Of a stretch of 61,009 bases of DNA, positions 1-8,620 are shown one piece after another; positions within the stretch are counted from its first letter, which is position 1, and every line of letters starts with the position of its first letter. The notes beneath the pieces were generated by a model that was not told the origin of the DNA, did not search any database, and saw nothing but the letters and a program-made list of their open reading frames with translations. This DNA comes from an uncultured bacterium (lineage in GTDB: Bacteria; Omnitrophota; Omnitrophia; Omnitrophales; Aquincolibacteriaceae). The stretch lies in contig CAYZYT010000014.1 in assembly GCA_964482725.1 (NCBI GenBank), forward strand, positions 1-61,009, given 5' to 3'. The position numbers and the translations under genes are program-made.

Positions 1-260
1 CAACATACTAGCGCTAGGCTGTTTCAACCCAGATCTCTCCTACGGTGGTGGTGGCAACCGTCTTGGGGGTCGACGTGGACGTCACGACCGGCACTTTGAG
101 GGTCGTGGTCGCTTGTAAACTGCTGTATTCTCCGTTCGGCGAGGGATAATAAGTGGTCAGCTCCACTTTCCCGGCGTAAGCGCTTGCCGTGATCAAAAGC
201 ACCAAACCCGCGAGAGCGAAAAAAATCTTTATTGGGGATCTCATGTTTGCCTCCTATTTA
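1..260 (-). repeat. Direct repeat copy A (~255 bp). It covers the small secreted-protein gene plus the first codons of a following GLUG-type gene that runs off the left edge. Copy B is at 1906..2165.
   Basis: Positions 1-260 align without gaps (offset 1905) to 1906-2165 with only scattered mismatches. The encoded 76-aa products differ at 5 residues. Confidence 0.9.
14..244 (-). CDS. Small secreted Thr-rich protein (76 aa), family unknown; paralog of 1919..2149
   Basis: Signal peptide MRSPIKIFFALAGLVLLITASAYA. AGGAGG lies 5 nt upstream of the ATG. The gene is duplicated with its downstream partner. Confidence 0.7.
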   Translation of the reverse strand: MRSPIKIFFALAGLVLLITASAYAGKVELTTYYPSPNGEYSSLQATTTLKVPVVTSTSTPKTVATTTVGEIWVETA

Positions 261-318
261 AAAAACGAACCCTGCGTTCCGCATGAATCTATCGTAACGG
301 CTCTGTCAATTCAAGAGC

Positions 319-1932
319 TCAGCTTTCCCATTTTAGACGCGGCAACCCGCCCGAAACCGATTCCCAAATACCGGCAGGATTCGTAGTACTCCAAAAATTC
401 CACGCTGCAGTCCCGCCGACAGTGCCATTCGTCCAATAAACCTTCGCGCCGGTCCCGCTTCCGCACGTTCCGTCGACATTGCCGTAGAAATTACTCGTAG
501 CCGCAGCCTTCTCGAACTGACCGACCGTTGAAATTATGGGGGCATTCCCTGGGAGCTGGGGACTTGGGCCTATCACATAAGTAGTCCCTCCCACGCCATA
601 ATATGGAGCATTATACCGCCAATTGTTTTTCAGCTTGCAATCTGACGGAGAATATCCCCATTGTCCGATCAGCCCGCCAACAGCGGCATTACCATACACA
701 CTGCTCAGAGAAAAAGAGTTGGTAATGCTGCTATTTGAGTCCCTGGCTTTGCCCACCAAACCGCCTGCTTCGTGCCCAGTCCCGCTCACTTGGCCTGTTG
801 CATAGCAATTGATGATCGACCCGCCGCTGTACATATCGCCGGACAGACCGCCGATAATATCCCAGCCGCTCGCCGCGCCCCCACCCGTTACAGAGCTTGT
901 CGTGTAGGAATCAGCGATGGAACCTCGATTGGATCCGACCAAACCGCCGGCAGTATAGCCCTTCGCACTCCCCTTCGCAAAAGATTGGGTGATAGAACCA
1001 TGATTCACGCCGACCAGACTGCCGATATAGGACGGCCCGCTTGCGGTACATGTGGAAGAGGATTGGGTAATGCTGGCCAAATTATCTCCCACCAATCCGC
1101 CGGCACCCCAATAGGTGGCCTTCACGGTGCCCGATGCGCTGCAGTTGATCACAGAACCACCGTTATTCCCGGCCAAGCCGCCGATATTGGTGTAGCCTTG
1201 CACTTTCACGTTCACAAGACGAATATTTTTGGCCACTCCATTCATGGATGCGAAAAGACCATCATTCCCCCAAAATTCATCCGTTCTATTGATTGTAAGA
1301 CCATCAATCGTTCGCCCCTGACCGTCAAAAGTACCCCTAAAATTTGAGATCGGGTAAAACCCTTTGGTGCGAAGATTATCCTGCGTCAATACGAGCGAAG
1401 CATCGCATCCGTTGTCGTCGCCCCCTCCGGGCTTCCCGTCAAATCCATTCGGCCCGTAGAAGTCGTTATAACCTTTTTGCCAGAGACTGCCGGCATATTT
1501 AGAACTTGCGGAATTCGTCGCGGAACAATCAACAACGTCAGCTCCAAGATTATGCGTCCCATTCGACGGAAAGCTTGGAATAAGACCGATCATCTGGAGT
1601 TCTTCGCAGGTGGTAATACCGGGAAGGATCTTCCCAATCGCCATGATCTGTTCAGGGGGTGATTTTGACGTGTCGATGTACCGGACTCTAAATTTGGAGG
1701 CGTTAGGAGCATTGGTGGCCACGAGTTTCAATCCGCGAGGTTCCGTCGAAGTACGGACCATTAACGGACTGCGTGTTCCCGCGGCCTCACAATCGAGTTT
1801 TACGACATCCGTTCCGCCTTCATTGCCCCGAACCCCGCAATCCTCCGCCCGCGCATGGCTGCAAAGACCGAGAAAAACCAGAAACGCTAAAAAAACGACG
1901 CGTCCCAACATACTAGCGCTAGGCTGTTTCAA
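319..1932 (-). CDS. Secreted GLUG-motif repeat protein (beta-helix, adhesin/IgA-protease-like); the probable true start is the ATG at 1911
   Basis: Signal peptide MLGRVVFLAFLVFLGLCSHARA. About 10 tandem ~25-aa units each contain GGL[VAIS]G (IGGLAGNNGGSVINCSASG, AGGLVGSNRGSIADSY, AGGLVGKARDSNSSITNSF). The ATG at 1911 lies 8 nt after the stop of the upstream small gene. Confidence 0.8.
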   Translation of the reverse strand: MKQPSASMLGRVVFLAFLVFLGLCSHARAEDCGVRGNEGGTDVVKLDCEAAGTRSPLMVRTSTEPRGLKLVATNAPNASKFRVRYIDTSKSPPEQIMAIGKILPGITTCEELQMIGLIPSFPSNGTHNLGADVVDCSATNSASSKYAGSLWQKGYNDFYGPNGFDGKPGGGDDNGCDASLVLTQDNLRTKGFYPISNFRGTFDGQGRTIDGLTINRTDEFWGNDGLFASMNGVAKNIRLVNVKVQGYTNIGGLAGNNGGSVINCSASGTVKATYWGAGGLVGDNLASITQSSSTCTASGPSYIGSLVGVNHGSITQSFAKGSAKGYTAGGLVGSNRGSIADSYTTSSVTGGGAASGWDIIGGLSGDMYSGGSIINCYATGQVSGTGHEAGGLVGKARDSNSSITNSFSLSSVYGNAAVGGLIGQWGYSPSDCKLKNNWRYNAPYYGVGGTTYVIGPSPQLPGNAPIISTVGQFEKAAATSNFYGNVDGTCGSGTGAKVYWTNGTVGGTAAWNFWSTTNPAGIWESVSGGLPRLKWES

Positions 1933-2165
1933 CCCAGATCTCTCCTACGGTGGTGGTGGCGACCGTCTTGGGAGTCGACGTGGACGTCACGACAGGCACT
2001 TTGAAGGTCGTGGTCGCTTGTAAACTGCTGTACTCCCCGTTCGGCGCTGGATAATAGGTGGTCAGCTCTACTTTCCCGGCGTAAGCGCTTGCCGTGATCA
2101 AAAGCACCAAACCCGCGAGAGCGAAAAATATTTTGGCCTGAAATCTCATATTTGCCTCCTATTAA
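1906..2165 (-). repeat. Direct repeat copy B (see 1..260)
   Basis: Same sequence as window positions 1-260 at offset 1905. Confidence 0.9.
1919..2149 (-). CDS. Small secreted Thr-rich protein (76 aa), paralog of 14..244
   Basis: MRFQAKIFFALAGLVLLITASAYAGKVELTTYYPAPNGEY... has 71/76 residues identical to the 14..244 product. Confidence 0.7.
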   Translation of the reverse strand: MRFQAKIFFALAGLVLLITASAYAGKVELTTYYPAPNGEYSSLQATTTFKVPVVTSTSTPKTVATTTVGEIWVETA

Positions 2166-2468
2166 GCGAAATGAACTGTCTCAATCTTTATTTGTTTTTC
2201 ATTAAAGATGCTTGGGCCGACCCTCTCCGCCTGTGTCGCGCCGGGATGATAGGGATCGGGACCGTCTTATGCCGCTACTTTACCGCGACTGTCCCAACGG
2301 TTCAAGAACTGTCCTCGGGAAACAGGGCATGAAAATACGGTTTTGCGCTCATTGCCGGTCAATTTCCGCGAGCCGCGTAGAGTTCCCCGGTGGCCGATAA
2401 AAAAAAGAAATCATAACGAGCGGCGCCTGGCCTTGGCTATTTCAAACCACGGATCCGAGTCTTAGCGG

Positions 2469-4244
2469 TTAATCGTTCAGAATGCAGGTCTGGTTTTTGC
2501 CGGAGGATTTCGCTTTGAGGAGAGCTTCTTGGGCGCGTTCGACGACCTTCTGAGGGTTCTTTTCATCGAGACTCAGCACCGAAACCCCGGCGCTAACTTT
2601 CACGGAAAGGGTCTTGTCTCCGTTCGGAAATGTCGTTCTCTCAACGGTCCTGCGGATCCTCTCGGCCACGCCGAAAGTCGCCGTCGCCAGACTGTAGCCC
2701 ACAAGCAGTATAATGAAGACGTCCTCGCCATAGCGGCCCGCGATATCCGGCATAGCACGGCCTTTGGTGCGGATCGCATCCTGGATTACCGCGGCAACCT
2801 GTTTGAGAACGGTGTCCGCCATTTTACAACCGTGCTCCTCGTTGAACTTCTTAAAGTCGTCGATATCCAGGAGGATCACGGCGAAAGGTTTCCGGAAAGT
2901 CCGGGAATAGTTGAGGGCCTGAGACAGGAAGGTGTTCACATAGCGCATGACAAAAAGCCCGGTCAGCTCATCGCGTACCGCCAGACTCAGGAAATAGAGC
3001 CGTTCCTTGTATTCCTGGATCCTCACGATCGCAAAGGAGATCAGAAAATAGACCGCCACCAAAAGAAGCGGCGCCGCAACTCCTGTCCAGATCCCGGCCC
3101 ATGAGAAGAGCGCAAAGGAAGCCAGGATCCAAAGGCCCCCGATCGCCAATGCCGAGAGAGTCGAGAAGACGCTCCGGAAAGGGATCAGGACAAGTCCGGC
3201 CCAAAAAGCGACCCCCAAAAGGATCCCCGCGAAGACGTGGGGTGAAACCACGCGGATGTACTGCCCGGTCAGAAGCGTGTTAATGATATTCCCCAGAGCT
3301 CCGATCCCGGGGCTCGCAGACTCAAGCGGCGTCGTCTTGTAATCGGAAGCGGTCATCCCGATAAGGCAGATCTTTCCTTGAAAATCCTTGGCGGTGATCG
3401 GCGTGGCCGTCCCCTTGGAGGCCAGAGCGTAGCTATTCAATACATCCACGAACGGATAATAACCGGAGGAGGCGTTCCACCGCTTCGCCCAATGGATGAG
3501 AAGGTTATTTTGATCATCGCGCGGGAAATCGCACTGCTGCATGGTCGGCACCGGTTTCCCGAGAAAATCGTAAGCAACCCGGATCCCGAGATGCGGCACC
3601 AGCTCTTTGTTGAACTTCACAAAAGGATACACGCGGCGGATCACATTATCGGGATCCTGGCTGTAATTGATATGACCGATCCCCCGAGCCGCGGCGCTAT
3701 AAGCTTGCGAGGATTGGTTCACGTAATAATAGTTCTTGAATCCTTCCGATTCGAAAGAGACCGGCAAATAAAAATTAGGCGTTTTTTTGAATTCCTCAAG
3801 AAGCGCCTGATCGTCTTCGGGCGTGTCCGCCGCCTGCGTGAAGAAAAGATTGAACACAATCGCCTTGGCGCCCCATTCCCTCAAAATGCGTGTGATCGCC
3901 GCGTAATAGCGCTTAGGCCACGGGAAAGGCCGTATGGACTGCAAGCTGTTCCTATCGATCCCGATATAGACGACCGCCGGATCGACCTTCGGGGCAGGCT
4001 GGTATTTGAGGAACTGATCGTAGAAGCCATTATCGAGCGCACGAAAGATCGGGGTCCCAGAAAAACTGAGGACAAGTGCAAAGACCAGAACAAATCCCAG
4101 GATCTGGATCGTACGAAGCGGAGTAAAAAAAAGAACCAGTTGCCGGAAGGGCTCGGTTGCGTATCCCTGGCGTTTTCTAACAAGTCCCGCGGGCGCTTTT
4201 TCCATGGTTCCCTCGTTGCAAAACAGGATTAAAAAAGAATTCAC
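2469..4244 (-). CDS. CHASE2 sensor - transmembrane - degenerate GGDEF domain protein; the likely start is M14 at 4205
   Basis: N-terminal TM, periplasmic CHASE2-like region, then a 3-4 TM block (VFAGILLGVAFWAGLVLIPF...). The C-terminal GGDEF fold reads DELTGLF...ILLDIDDFKKFNEEHG...RYGEDVF. GAGGGA lies upstream of the ATG at 4205. Confidence 0.8.
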   Translation of the reverse strand: MNSFLILFCNEGTMEKAPAGLVRKRQGYATEPFRQLVLFFTPLRTIQILGFVLVFALVLSFSGTPIFRALDNGFYDQFLKYQPAPKVDPAVVYIGIDRNSLQSIRPFPWPKRYYAAITRILREWGAKAIVFNLFFTQAADTPEDDQALLEEFKKTPNFYLPVSFESEGFKNYYYVNQSSQAYSAAARGIGHINYSQDPDNVIRRVYPFVKFNKELVPHLGIRVAYDFLGKPVPTMQQCDFPRDDQNNLLIHWAKRWNASSGYYPFVDVLNSYALASKGTATPITAKDFQGKICLIGMTASDYKTTPLESASPGIGALGNIINTLLTGQYIRVVSPHVFAGILLGVAFWAGLVLIPFRSVFSTLSALAIGGLWILASFALFSWAGIWTGVAAPLLLVAVYFLISFAIVRIQEYKERLYFLSLAVRDELTGLFVMRYVNTFLSQALNYSRTFRKPFAVILLDIDDFKKFNEEHGCKMADTVLKQVAAVIQDAIRTKGRAMPDIAGRYGEDVFIILLVGYSLATATFGVAERIRRTVERTTFPNGDKTLSVKVSAGVSVLSLDEKNPQKVVERAQEALLKAKSSGKNQTCILND

Positions 4245-4450
4245 CTAAGTAACGTCTATATTGAGGCAAAATTTACACTTTTCCAAGAATTTTTTATTTT
4301 TATAAAAATCCCTGCCTCTTCGGGGAAAGCTACGGTATAATCTCGGTCCTTCTAAGGGAGGTGTCGTGGCGCCCAGGCCTTTGTTTTCTTTTTCTCAAAG
4401 GCATCGCGGGCAGCCATTATGCGCCTCTTCATTTTAAATCGAGGAGAATT

Positions 4451-5155
4451 ATGGCACTAAGCGGATGGTTCCAGTTCAAAAAAATAAGGCTCCTGCTGGC
4501 CTGGGGCTCGATCCCTATTCTACTCCTTTGTTCCAATATGAACGACAGCACCTTCCGCTGGGGCATCGTTCTCTTGATCGTCGGCGAATTGATCCGTTTT
4601 TGGGCACTCGGGTTCGTGGAAAAAAAAGGTCAGAAGCTCGCCATGAGCGGTCCCTATGCCTTCGTGCGCAATCCCCTTTATGTCGGTAATTTCTTTTTAG
4701 GCCTCGGCGTTGCCGTGATCGTCTCGAACTGGATCATCATGGTCCTTTTTCTCGCGGGCTTCCTGGGGATCTATACGGGGACCATTCGCGGCGAGGAAAA
4801 ACATCTGCGAGCGATGTTCGGAAAATCTTACGAAGATTATTGCAAGAACGTCCCTTCCTTTCTCCCGAGGTTGACCCCCTACGCCGCGCCTGAAAAAGAT
4901 TCTTTTCTCTGGAGCCGCATCATCAAACATCACGAGTACATCACGGTCCTGGGGATCGCCCTCATGGCCATGCTGATCCATCTTTACGATGAGCTCTTTA
5001 TCGCCAAAGAACCCCTCGCCCAGGAAACATCGTTGATCGTCGCGACGGTCCTCGTGGTGCTCATCCTGGCGCTGGAGCGGGTCTTCGTCAGCCGCCTTCA
5101 CATCACCTTCTTTGAACGCCTCCGCGAAAAAGACGTCCACGCCAAAAAGCCGTAA
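4451..5155 (+). CDS. Isoprenylcysteine carboxyl / phospholipid methyltransferase family membrane protein
   Basis: GPYAFVRNPLYVGNFF and IRGEEKHLRAMFGKSYEDYCKNVP motifs, with multiple TM segments. GAGGAG lies before the ATG at 4451; the ORF track starts at 4361. Confidence 0.7.
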   Translation: MALSGWFQFKKIRLLLAWGSIPILLLCSNMNDSTFRWGIVLLIVGELIRFWALGFVEKKGQKLAMSGPYAFVRNPLYVGNFFLGLGVAVIVSNWIIMVLFLAGFLGIYTGTIRGEEKHLRAMFGKSYEDYCKNVPSFLPRLTPYAAPEKDSFLWSRIIKHHEYITVLGIALMAMLIHLYDELFIAKEPLAQETSLIVATVLVVLILALERVFVSRLHITFFERLREKDVHAKKP

Positions 5156-5342
5156 CACCTCTTCGCGTTCAAAGAATCAGCACCGCATGCCGCGTCAAAC
5201 CGTCGCCCGTGGGCGAAACACACTTCACCTCGGAGCGCTTGATCGAATAAAAATGACTGCCTGTGATGAGGAAAAAGTTGACCGGAGCGCGCCTGAGTCT
5301 CTATAATCCTCCCAATCATTTTTCTCACGGGAGATACGAGCC

Positions 5343-6794
5343 ATGTTGGAATTTAAACAGAAAGTACTTTGCATCGGTTTCGGCTCGGTCGGAAAATGCG
5401 CCCTGCCGATCCTCCTCGAACATATCCGTATTCCTTATAAGAATATCACGGTGCTCGACTTTGCGGACAAACGCAAGGAGCTCGCACCCTGGATCAAAAA
5501 AGGGGTCCGCTACTCCCAGGAAAAACTGAATCCTGTCAACGTCGCGCGGACGCTTTCCAAGTATGTCTCCCCCGGCGGCATGATCATCGATCTGTCCTGG
5601 AATATCGATTCCCTCGACATGCTTTCTTGGTGCCATGAAAATAAGGTCCTCTACGTGAATACCTCCGTCGAGGAATGGGACCCGTACGCGAATATCGAAA
5701 AAAAGACCCCGCTTGAGAAATCGCTTTATTTCAAACAGATGGGCCTGCGCAAAATGACCGCAAAGTGGGCGGACGATTCCACGACCGCGGTGCTAGACCA
5801 TGGCGCCAACCCGGGACTCATCAGCCACTTCACAAAGCAGGGGCTTCTCGACATTGCCGAGAAAGCGACCCGCGATAAGGGTACTTCCAAAAAAGACCGC
5901 AAATCATTGGAGCATCTGATCCGTGAAGAAAAATTCAACAACCTGGCCATGAAGCTTGGAGTGAAAACGATCCATGTAAGCGAACGCGACACCCAGATCA
6001 CGGACCAACCTAAAGAAGTCGATGAATTTGTCGGTACCTGGTCGATCGAAGGTCTCCGGGAAGAAGCGATGTCCCCTTCGGAAATAGGATGGGGCACGCA
6101 TGAAAAAGAATTACCTCCTTTGACCACCGTACCGGACTATGGACCTCAGAATCAGATCTTCCTTTCCCAGATGGGCATGAACACCTGGGTGCGCTCCTGG
6201 GTCCCGAACTACGAGATCGTCGGCATGGTCATCCGTCACGGAGAAGCTTTCAGTATTTCCGAAAAACTTACGGTATGGAGAAGCGGAAAACCCGTCTATC
6301 GCCCGACCGTTCATTATGTTTATATGCCCTGCAACGAAACCGGCGCCTCGATCCACGAGCTCCGCTGCCGTAATTACGAACTTCAACCCAAGTGCCGTAT
6401 TATGTCGGACGAGATCGTGAAGGGCGCGGATATCCTGGGATCGCTTATCATGGGCCACAAATATAATTCCTGGTGGACCGGGAGCATCCTAACGATCGAC
6501 GAAGCGCGTAAACTTGTACCGCATCAGAACGCTACCACGATCCAGGTCGCAATCGGCGTGGTCGCTGCGGCCATGTGGATGATCGAAAACCCCAACAAGG
6601 GCGTCTGCGTCCCGGATGATCTCCCCCATAAAGAGATCCTCGCCACCGCAAAACCTTATCTCGGCACGCTGGTCTCCGAATCTTACGACTGGACCCCTTT
6701 CAAGAATTACCAGGTGTTCTTTCAGGAAAACCAAAGCTCCCACCTGGACAAAAAAAATCCATGGTGCTTCAAGAATTTCTTATTTAAAGAGTAA
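5343..6794 (+). CDS. hss: Homospermidine synthase
   Basis: Full-length collinearity with bacterial HSS as I recall it: IGFGSVGKCALPILLEH, HGANPGLISHFTKQGL, IHVSERDTQ, YRPTVHYVYMPCNE, QNATTIQVAIGVVAA, PYLGTLVSESYDWTP. Confidence 0.9.
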   Translation: MLEFKQKVLCIGFGSVGKCALPILLEHIRIPYKNITVLDFADKRKELAPWIKKGVRYSQEKLNPVNVARTLSKYVSPGGMIIDLSWNIDSLDMLSWCHENKVLYVNTSVEEWDPYANIEKKTPLEKSLYFKQMGLRKMTAKWADDSTTAVLDHGANPGLISHFTKQGLLDIAEKATRDKGTSKKDRKSLEHLIREEKFNNLAMKLGVKTIHVSERDTQITDQPKEVDEFVGTWSIEGLREEAMSPSEIGWGTHEKELPPLTTVPDYGPQNQIFLSQMGMNTWVRSWVPNYEIVGMVIRHGEAFSISEKLTVWRSGKPVYRPTVHYVYMPCNETGASIHELRCRNYELQPKCRIMSDEIVKGADILGSLIMGHKYNSWWTGSILTIDEARKLVPHQNATTIQVAIGVVAAAMWMIENPNKGVCVPDDLPHKEILATAKPYLGTLVSESYDWTPFKNYQVFFQENQSSHLDKKNPWCFKNFLFKE

Positions 6795-6876
6795 CGGCAG
6801 TCAACGTTTCGCCTGGCATGCGCGTGGAACGAAAAAGCGTTGACGTCGTCCATTCCCTGAGAAACGGATCTTCGAA

Positions 6877-7224
6877 ATGATCAAAAAAAAGAACGCCCAA
6901 GAGATCGAGCGACGCGAAAATATGCGCGGGGGCACGGGGAGGATCACGGTCCGTCATTATCTCAAGCCCGAAGAGATCAAGGCCCGCACACGGCTTTGCT
7001 CAGAACTCATCCTCCCTCCTGGCGCAAGCATCGGCCCGCATGACCATGTGGGAGAAGATGAGATCTATCTCATTCAGAAAGGCCAAGGCCTTATGACCGA
7101 CGGAGATCAGGAATTCCAGGTCGCAGTAGGCGATGCCATCCTCACAGGTCAGGGGGCTTCCCATTCCATTAAGAACACAGGGGCGGAAGACCTTGTGGTC
7201 ACGGCCGTCATCATCAAATACTGA
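6877..7224 (+). CDS. Cupin domain protein
   Basis: GASIGPHDHVGEDEIYLIQKG ... GASHSIKNTG, the two-motif cupin signature. Confidence 0.75.
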   Translation: MIKKKNAQEIERRENMRGGTGRITVRHYLKPEEIKARTRLCSELILPPGASIGPHDHVGEDEIYLIQKGQGLMTDGDQEFQVAVGDAILTGQGASHSIKNTGAEDLVVTAVIIKY

Positions 7225-7234
7225 TGCCCCCCCC

Positions 7235-7391
7235 CAGGGACGGTTCTCCCCAACCTATTTATCCGCAACGAGTTGCTAAAGGCTCGTCCCTTTTCATCCA
7301 TCCACGTTTTTACTCGAACGATTGTTCCCGAAAAAGGGACACATCTCTCCTAACTTGCTGCGCCACAAGTGGTAAAGGAGAACCGTCCCTG
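7235..7391 (+). promoter_or_regulatory. Nested inverted-repeat leader overlapping the RBS and GTG start of the Fe-ADH gene
   Basis: There is a perfect 15-nt inverted repeat: CAGGGACGGTTCTCC (7235..7249) and GGAGAACCGTCCCTG (7377..7391). There is also an inner perfect 9-nt repeat: GTCCCTTTT (7286..7294) and AAAAGGGAC (7332..7340). The right outer arm contains AAAGGAG and the first base of the GTG start. Confidence 0.4.
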
Positions 7392-8506
7392 TGAGTGCTC
7401 TCTTCCCGAAGGAAACTTTTCTCCCCGCCAGGATCCTCTTTAAAAAAGGCGCCCTTTCGGACCTCGCAAAGGAAACCGCGGAGTTTGGAACATGCGGGAT
7501 CATTGTTCACGGCTCATCGCTTGAGAAAAACGGCCTGAAAGAAAAGATCTCCGAAGATTTTAAGAAAGCAGGCCTTACCGCAGAATTTTTCTGTCGCCCT
7601 CAAGGAGAACCCACCCTGGGCGAGATCCTTTTAGTGATCCACCAAGGGCGCGCCTTAAAGATCCGGTGGATCCTCGGGATCGGCGGTGGGAGCGTGCTGG
7701 ACCTTGCCAAGGCAGCGGCCGGTCTTTTCCACGCTAAAGAAAAACCTGCCTTTTATCAAGAAGGCGGTCTGCTCGAAGAACCGGGGATCCCCTTTCTCGC
7801 GGTCCCCACAACCGCCGGCAGCGGCTCGGAAGCATCGCCCAATGCTGTCATTATTAATCCTGAAAAAAAGGCGAAGCTTTCCATCCGCCACAACGATTTT
7901 CTTGCACGCAAAGTCCTCCTCGACCCGGATCTCTTGAAGGGGCTCCCCTTTCATGTGATGTGCCACTCCGGAATGGATGCGTGGGTCCAGGCCTATGAAT
8001 CGTTCATTTCTAAAAATTCGACCTGGTTCAGCGAGAATTTTGCCCTCAAAGCCATTCAGTTGATCAGTCGCCATTTGGTCCCGGCCTTGAACGCAGGACG
8101 CGACGAGGACCTGAGCGCCCTCATGCTTGGAAGTTTTTTCTCCGGACTCGCTTTTTCACATTCGCGCCTCGGCGTGATCCACGGCCTCGCGCACCCGCTG
8201 GGGGTTCTTTACAACGTCCCGCACGGACTGATCTGCTCGCTCTGCTTTTCCCCTTCTATCAAACTCAATCTCGAAGCCATGGGCAATCAAAAATACGCCA
8301 TCATGAGCCAAGCGGTCGGGATGGACCTCCTCCAAAAAGTCCATGAACTCCAGAAGACGCTCAAGATCATTTCCCCCTTCAAGGGAAGGCCTCTCCCCGA
8401 AAAAGAGAAGATCATCGCGGAGACGCTCCAATCCGGATCCACCGCCGCGAACCCCAAAACGATCACCCGAGAAGACGTCGAATATCTCCTCCGTGAGATT
8501 TTTTAA
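7391..8506 (+). CDS. Iron-containing alcohol dehydrogenase family protein
   Basis: GIGGGSVLDLAKAAA, PTTAGSGSEASPNAVI, and His-rich metal motifs (HSGMDAW, GVIHGLAHPLG). Confidence 0.85.
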   Translation: MSALFPKETFLPARILFKKGALSDLAKETAEFGTCGIIVHGSSLEKNGLKEKISEDFKKAGLTAEFFCRPQGEPTLGEILLVIHQGRALKIRWILGIGGGSVLDLAKAAAGLFHAKEKPAFYQEGGLLEEPGIPFLAVPTTAGSGSEASPNAVIINPEKKAKLSIRHNDFLARKVLLDPDLLKGLPFHVMCHSGMDAWVQAYESFISKNSTWFSENFALKAIQLISRHLVPALNAGRDEDLSALMLGSFFSGLAFSHSRLGVIHGLAHPLGVLYNVPHGLICSLCFSPSIKLNLEAMGNQKYAIMSQAVGMDLLQKVHELQKTLKIISPFKGRPLPEKEKIIAETLQSGSTAANPKTITREDVEYLLREIF

Positions 8507-8517
8507 TAAAAAATCCC

Positions 8518-8566
8518 GGAGCGTGGGAAACGCGGCACAAAAAAATCTTTCGCCGTTCCACGCTCC
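8518..8566. repeat. Imperfect hairpin element, AACG/CGTT-word family
   Basis: GGAGCGTGGGAAACGCGGC ... GCCGTTCCACGCTCC. Confidence 0.5.
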
Positions 8567-8576
8567 CTGGCGAAGA

Positions 8577-8603
8577 AATAAAAAGGCAGATGCCTTTTTA
8601 TTT
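8577..8603 (+). terminator. Rho-independent terminator after the Fe-ADH gene
   Basis: AAATAAAAAGGCA-GA-TGCCTTTTTATTT: a perfect stem followed by a T-run. Confidence 0.7.
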
Positions 8604-8620
8604 CTATGCTAGCATGACCC

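Noticed and set aside
623-2023. Plus-strand ORFs antisense to the GLUG gene (772..1347, 1610..2023 and others)
   Set aside because: They are shadow ORFs opposite a Gly/Ser/Thr-rich repeat gene, with no signatures of their own.
2150-2468. A c-di-GMP riboswitch in the 320-nt gap between the degenerate GGDEF gene and the small-protein/GLUG cassette
   Set aside because: I read both strands for GEMM-I-type features (GGCAAACC...GNRA...GGGACGCAAAGCC) and found no convincing match. Only a T8 run is present, and that is likely part of a terminator for the upstream gene. It needs an Infernal scan before any claim.
7235-7391. The nested inverted repeat upstream of the Fe-ADH gene as a MITE
   Set aside because: There is no target-site duplication at the flanks and no second copy in the window. 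The right arm coincides exactly with the RBS and start codon, so a regulatory leader seems more likely. This remains unproven.
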